A DNA stretch of 32,000 nt from Horticoccus luteus (GTDB taxonomy: Bacteria > Verrucomicrobiota > Verrucomicrobiia > Opitutales > Opitutaceae). Below, one piece after another: positions 28,318-32,000 of this stretch. The notes beneath the pieces were generated by a model. That model was not told the DNA's origin and searched no databases. It saw nothing but the letters and a program-made list of their open reading frames with translations. Positions within the stretch are counted from its first letter, which is position 1; the number at the start of each line of letters is the position of its first letter. The stretch spans positions 2,970,001 through 3,002,000 of the forward strand of contig NZ_CP080507.1 in assembly GCF_019464535.1 (NCBI RefSeq), read 5' to 3'. A program made the translations under genes and the position numbers.

Positions 28318-30248
28318 GGACGGTCTCCTTGCATGACAAGTGCGTTCCGCGCCGGTTCGACCGGCGGGCGGATGTTGCGGTATTGGATAAGTTGTTCGCC
28401 GATGTGCTTGAACGAAGGCGCTGCCACCACCGTGCCGTAGGCCTTGAGGCCATTCGGCGGGCGGCCGTCATACACGATCACCGAAATCTCGATTTGCGGA
28501 TGGCTCGCCGGGAAAAAACCGACGAACGATCCATCGTAGTAAGTATTGGAGTAGCGCCCATCGATGATCCGCTGTGCCGTGCCCGTCTTGCCCGCGACTT
28601 CGAAATGCGCGATCGCCGCCTCGGGCGCCGTGCCCTCCTTCATCGTCACGCCCTCCAGCATGCGCGCCACGGTCCGCGCGGTGTTCTGACTGATCACGCG
28701 CCGCCGGGAAAACGCCCCGTAATCGTAAACCACCTGCCCGTGCGCATCCGCGATCTTCTGGATCACCTGCGGCTTCATCAACAGTCCGCCGCTCGCGATG
28801 ACCCCCATCGCCATGTGAATCTGCAACGGCGTCGCCGCCACCGACTGGCCCATCGGCATGCGCGTGATGGTGAGTCCGTCCCACTTCGACGGCGGCGCGA
28901 TGATGCCGGGCACTTCGCCGCCCACCGGGAAACCCGTGTCTTCGCCAAACCCAAACGCCCGCGCGTAATCATAAAAGCGCTCGTCGCCGAGTTTCATGGC
29001 CAGCTGCGCGGCCCCGCGATTGGACGACCGCCAGATGATTTCGGGCAACGCCAGCGGGTGATCGAAGTGATGCGCTTCGCGCGGCAGGCGGCGCATCTTG
29101 CCTTTGTATTCGATCTGGTCGATCGAGCAGTCGAAGTGGTCCGTCATCCGCACCAGGTTTTCGTTCAGCACACCCGACATCGCCACGATCTTGAACGTTG
29201 AGCCCGGCTCCAGAATGTCGGCCACCGCGATGTTGCGCATCGCCCCCTGCTCATCTTTCGAGAGTTCGTTGTATTCATTGAGGTTGAACGTCGGGTAATT
29301 CGCCATCGCGAGGATGAACCCCGTCTGCGGATCGCTCACGATGATCGTCGCCTTCTTCGGGCGAAACGCCGCCACGATGTGGTTGATCTCCTCCTCCGCG
29401 ATATGCTGCACGACCGAATCGATCGAAAGCGTGACGCTGAATCCATCGGCCGGCGGCACATCGCGCGTGCTGAACTGCGCCAGCTCGCGACGCAGCCCGT
29501 CCTTCTCCGTTTCGCGCCAGCCATCCTGACCCCGCAGATAAAAGTCCGCGTAGCGCTCGATGCCCGTCACCGGTTCACCCGCCTTGCTCACGAAGCCGAT
29601 CACGTGCGCGGCGAGCGCGTTTTGCGGATAGGCCCGACGGTAAACGCGATTGCCGTAAACACCCTTGATGCCCAGCGCGGTGATCTTGTCGTAAGTCGTC
29701 TCGTCCACTCCTTCGGTCAGCTTCGCCCAGCGTACCGGCCGATCGCCGTTCTCGTCGTCGACCGCGTCCACTTTCGTGTCCGCCGTATCGCTGTCGTCCT
29801 CGTCCGCCGCCGCCGCGCCTGCGGGACGCGGCATGATATTGAACACCACCGCGCCCGTTTTTGGGTCGGTCTTGGCGCTCGCCGGGATCGTGCTCGCCGC
29901 CCGGGTCTTGGTCCGAAAAATGGTTTCCAATTCGCCCAGCGGACGGTTCAGCAACCGCGCGAGCTCCGGCCACTTCGACTCATCCTCCGGCCGCAAGGAC
30001 TGCGGATCGACGCCCAGAATGATGAGCGAGACGCTCGTCGCCAGCTTGTTGCCCCGCGCGTCGAGAATGTCGCCCCGCCGCGCATGCTCCACGATGATCT
30101 GCCGCCGGGCCTTGTCCACATACCGCACCAGCTCGTCGCGATCGATGACGTGCAGATAAACCAGGCGCGCACCCAGACCCCCGAAACACGCGACCAGCCC
30201 CAGCGCGAGCAAACCTAAGCGGTAATTGGATGCGAAGCCTCGCGACAT
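28314..30248 (-). CDS. ftsI: Division-specific class B penicillin-binding protein (PBP3/FtsI transpeptidase)
   Basis: An N-terminal TM anchor (LGLLALGLVACFGGLGA) and a PBP dimerisation region are followed by the transpeptidase triad SxxK (GSTFK), SxN (SSN) and KTG (GKTGTA). Confidence 0.9.
   Translation of the reverse strand: MSRGFASNYRLGLLALGLVACFGGLGARLVYLHVIDRDELVRYVDKARRQIIVEHARRGDILDARGNKLATSVSLIILGVDPQSLRPEDESKWPELARLLNRPLGELETIFRTKTRAASTIPASAKTDPKTGAVVFNIMPRPAGAAAADEDDSDTADTKVDAVDDENGDRPVRWAKLTEGVDETTYDKITALGIKGVYGNRVYRRAYPQNALAAHVIGFVSKAGEPVTGIERYADFYLRGQDGWRETEKDGLRRELAQFSTRDVPPADGFSVTLSIDSVVQHIAEEEINHIVAAFRPKKATIIVSDPQTGFILAMANYPTFNLNEYNELSKDEQGAMRNIAVADILEPGSTFKIVAMSGVLNENLVRMTDHFDCSIDQIEYKGKMRRLPREAHHFDHPLALPEIIWRSSNRGAAQLAMKLGDERFYDYARAFGFGEDTGFPVGGEVPGIIAPPSKWDGLTITRMPMGQSVAATPLQIHMAMGVIASGGLLMKPQVIQKIADAHGQVVYDYGAFSRRRVISQNTARTVARMLEGVTMKEGTAPEAAIAHFEVAGKTGTAQRIIDGRYSNTYYDGSFVGFFPASHPQIEISVIVYDGRPPNGLKAYGTVVAAPSFKHIGEQLIQYRNIRPPVEPARNALVMQGDRP
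28325..28330 (-). promoter_or_regulatory. Shine-Dalgarno (AAGGAG) for murE, embedded in the 3' end of ftsI
   Basis: The minus strand reads AAGGAGACCGTCCGTGA: SD, a 7-nt spacer, then GTG overlapping the ftsI TGA. Confidence 0.6.
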
Positions 30249-30257
30249 GGTCGGTTG

Positions 30258-30650
30258 TCAGGGCGTGCCCGGGAGGCGGAAAACGACGGAGGCGCCCCCC
30301 GTGTCGGAGAACAGCGTGCGGTTGCGCTTGGCCGCGAGGCGGAAGACGGGATCTTCGTTCACGCGCACAACGTTTTCTTCCCGCGGTTGCACCAGTCCGA
30401 GACGCATCTCCACGTTGCGCCGCGCCAGCACGTCGGGCGACTTCTCGGCTTGGATCGTGGCGTTGGTCTCGTCGATGTGGCGGCGCACCTCGGCGATGCG
30501 ACCTTCGATGTCGCGCGCCGCGTTGGCCGTCACGGAAATCTGATGACGCAGCCAGACGGTGCCGAGACCGACCGAGCCGGAGAAACAAATCATCACGAGC
30601 GTATAGACCAGCATCTGGTTGACGAACGCACGGGTGTCTTGGGTGAACAT
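30258..30650 (-). CDS. ftsL: FtsL-like small bitopic division protein
   Basis: 130 aa with a short cytoplasmic tail, a single TM (MLVYTLVMICFSGSVGLGTVWL) and then a heptad-like helical segment. It sits in the canonical slot between rsmH and ftsI. The call rests on topology and position, not sequence identity. Confidence 0.6.
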   Translation of the reverse strand: MFTQDTRAFVNQMLVYTLVMICFSGSVGLGTVWLRHQISVTANAARDIEGRIAEVRRHIDETNATIQAEKSPDVLARRNVEMRLGLVQPREENVVRVNEDPVFRLAAKRNRTLFSDTGGASVVFRLPGTP

Positions 30651-30662
30651 GGTCGGATGGGG

Positions 30663-31583
30663 TTACAGCTTGCGGAGCGCGCGCAGTTTCGCGGAGCGGC
30701 TCCGGGGGTTCGCAGAAAGTTCGTCGTCGCTCGCGGTCCACGGCCGGCGAGTCAGAGGTTCCGCGCGCTTCACCCGCAAATCCTGCGGCGTGGCGTCATT
30801 CTCGCTCTCGGGCTGGCCGCACCAGCGGCGAAACGCCTGCTTCACGATGCGATCCTCGAGCGAATGAAAACTGATCACGCACAGCACGCCGCCCGGCGCG
30901 AGGCGCGCAAATGCCACCGGCAACGCGCGCTCGAGCGCGCCCAGCTCATCGTTCACGGCGATGCGGATGCCTTGGAAGGCGCGCGTCGCCGGATGAATCT
31001 TCGCGCCGAAGCGATCGCGCGCCGGAATCGCCTGGCTGATCACCTCCGCCAACGCCGCCGTGCGCGCCAAAGCACCTGTGCTCCGCGCCGCCACGATCGC
31101 CTGCACCACCCGCCGCCAATGCTTCTCTTCGCCGAAATCGCGCACCGCGCGCACGAGCATCTCGTTCGTCGCCGTCTCCAGCCACTGGCTCGCCGGCACG
31201 CCGCTGCGCGGATCCATGCGCATGTCCGCCGGCGCGTCATGACGAAACGCGAAGCCTCGCGCCGCTTCATCGAGTTGAAATGACGACACGCCGAGGTCGA
31301 ACAACACGCCATCCAGCGCGCCCGTCTCGATGTCGGCCAGTCGTCCAAAGTCCCGGTCCACCAGCTGAAACCGGGCGCCAAATTCTTCGCTCAGCGCCGC
31401 GGCCCGCGGCTGCGCCGCCGGATCGCGGTCGAGCGCGATCACCTGCACCTCCGCCGCCGCATCGAGCAACGCCCGCGTGTGCCCGCCGCCGCCAAACGTG
31501 CAGTCGAGGTACCGCCCGCCCGCGCGCGGCGCGAGCAACTGCAGCACCTCGTTGAGCAGCACAGGTTGATGGCCGGGCGTCAT
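30663..31583 (-). CDS. rsmH: 16S rRNA (cytosine1402-N4)-methyltransferase
   Basis: [26 protein letters not shown] (SAM site), [22 protein letters not shown] and [10 protein letters not shown] are present. The start is ambiguous. ATG 31583 ([10 protein letters not shown]) best fits family N-termini. In-frame ATGs also exist at 31616 and 31673 (the track start). Confidence 0.9.
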   Translation of the reverse strand: MTPGHQPVLLNEVLQLLAPRAGGRYLDCTFGGGGHTRALLDAAAEVQVIALDRDPAAQPRAAALSEEFGARFQLVDRDFGRLADIETGALDGVLFDLGVSSFQLDEAARGFAFRHDAPADMRMDPRSGVPASQWLETATNEMLVRAVRDFGEEKHWRRVVQAIVAARSTGALARTAALAEVISQAIPARDRFGAKIHPATRAFQGIRIAVNDELGALERALPVAFARLAPGGVLCVISFHSLEDRIVKQAFRRWCGQPESENDATPQDLRVKRAEPLTRRPWTASDDELSANPRSRSAKLRALRKL

Positions 31584-31819
31584 GGTCGCCGAATGGGTTT
31601 CAACGCGCGCCTGCATCGTCGGCCCGCCGTTTTTCGCCGCGCCGTTTCGCGACGGAGCGCAACACCAGTCCATCCCTCACTCGTGGCGTCGCCACCGCCA
31701 AAGGCACCGGCATGAGGCGGTCCTCGCCCTCGATCCACGCGGGAAATCCCGCGGCATCGGCCCGCGTCTCTTTCGGCAGCAACCGGAGAGTCGTTTTGAC
31801 GTTCGCGCGTTGCATCGGA

Positions 31820-32000
31820 TCAAATCCCCAACCGGCGCATGATGTCGCCGAAGTTTTCGCCCGAAGTCCGCGCCTCGACCTTCTGCCAACGCGACGGCTC
31901 GTAGATGTTGAACTTCGTCAGTGAACCGACGAGCACCGCATCCTTCGAAATTCCCGCGTGCTGCAACAGCTCCGCGCTGACGCTCATCCGCCCTTGCTTG
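31820..32000 (-). CDS. mraZ: Transcriptional regulator MraZ, C-terminal part only (5' end beyond window)
   Basis: Not in the ORF track. My own minus-strand translation gives KQGRMSVSAELLQHAGISKDAVLVGSLTKFNIYEPSRWQKVEARTSGENFGDIMRRLGI, with stop TGA at 31822-31820. This matches the second SpoVT/AbrB-like repeat of MraZ (GR-x-S-IP-x-LR...vvlvG...feIw). Confidence 0.85.
   Translation of the reverse strand, partial: KQGRMSVSAELLQHAGISKDAVLVGSLTKFNIYEPSRWQKVEARTSGENFGDIMRRLGI

Overview
High-GC (roughly two-thirds G+C by eye) bacterial chromosome, gene-dense, with no rRNA, tRNA, CRISPR, IS or prophage signal that I can see. About 60% of the window (12792..32000, all minus strand) is a complete, tightly packed division/cell-wall (dcw) cluster: mraZ (partial), rsmH, ftsL-like, ftsI, murE, murF, mraY, murD, LysM lipoprotein, ftsW, murG, murC-murB fusion, ddl, ftsQ, ftsA, ftsZ. 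After a 290-nt spacer a second co-directional, near gap-free block follows: obgE, a small T2SSE_N/MshEN-like protein, a GspE/PilB-family ATPase, a TPR lipoprotein and a LysE exporter. The left part (1..8036) holds ordinary or accessory genes: a partial GT8 glycosyltransferase divergent from a TagB/TagF-family glycerophosphotransferase, a GH13 pullulanase-type debranching enzyme, mnmA and a FUSC/YccS-family membrane protein. The MurC-MurB fusion, the presence of FtsZ and the GC content are compatible with Verrucomicrobiota (Opitutales-like); this is inference only. I see no clear-cut undescribed system. The best candidates for follow-up are the orphan secretion-ATPase module fused to the end of the dcw/obg block, its stand-alone MshEN-like partner, and the LysM lipoprotein inserted between murD and ftsW. 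Many long ORFs in the track are antisense or out-of-frame shadows of real genes, typical of high-GC DNA, and were rejected. All family calls come from motif recognition in the translations. No database search was run.
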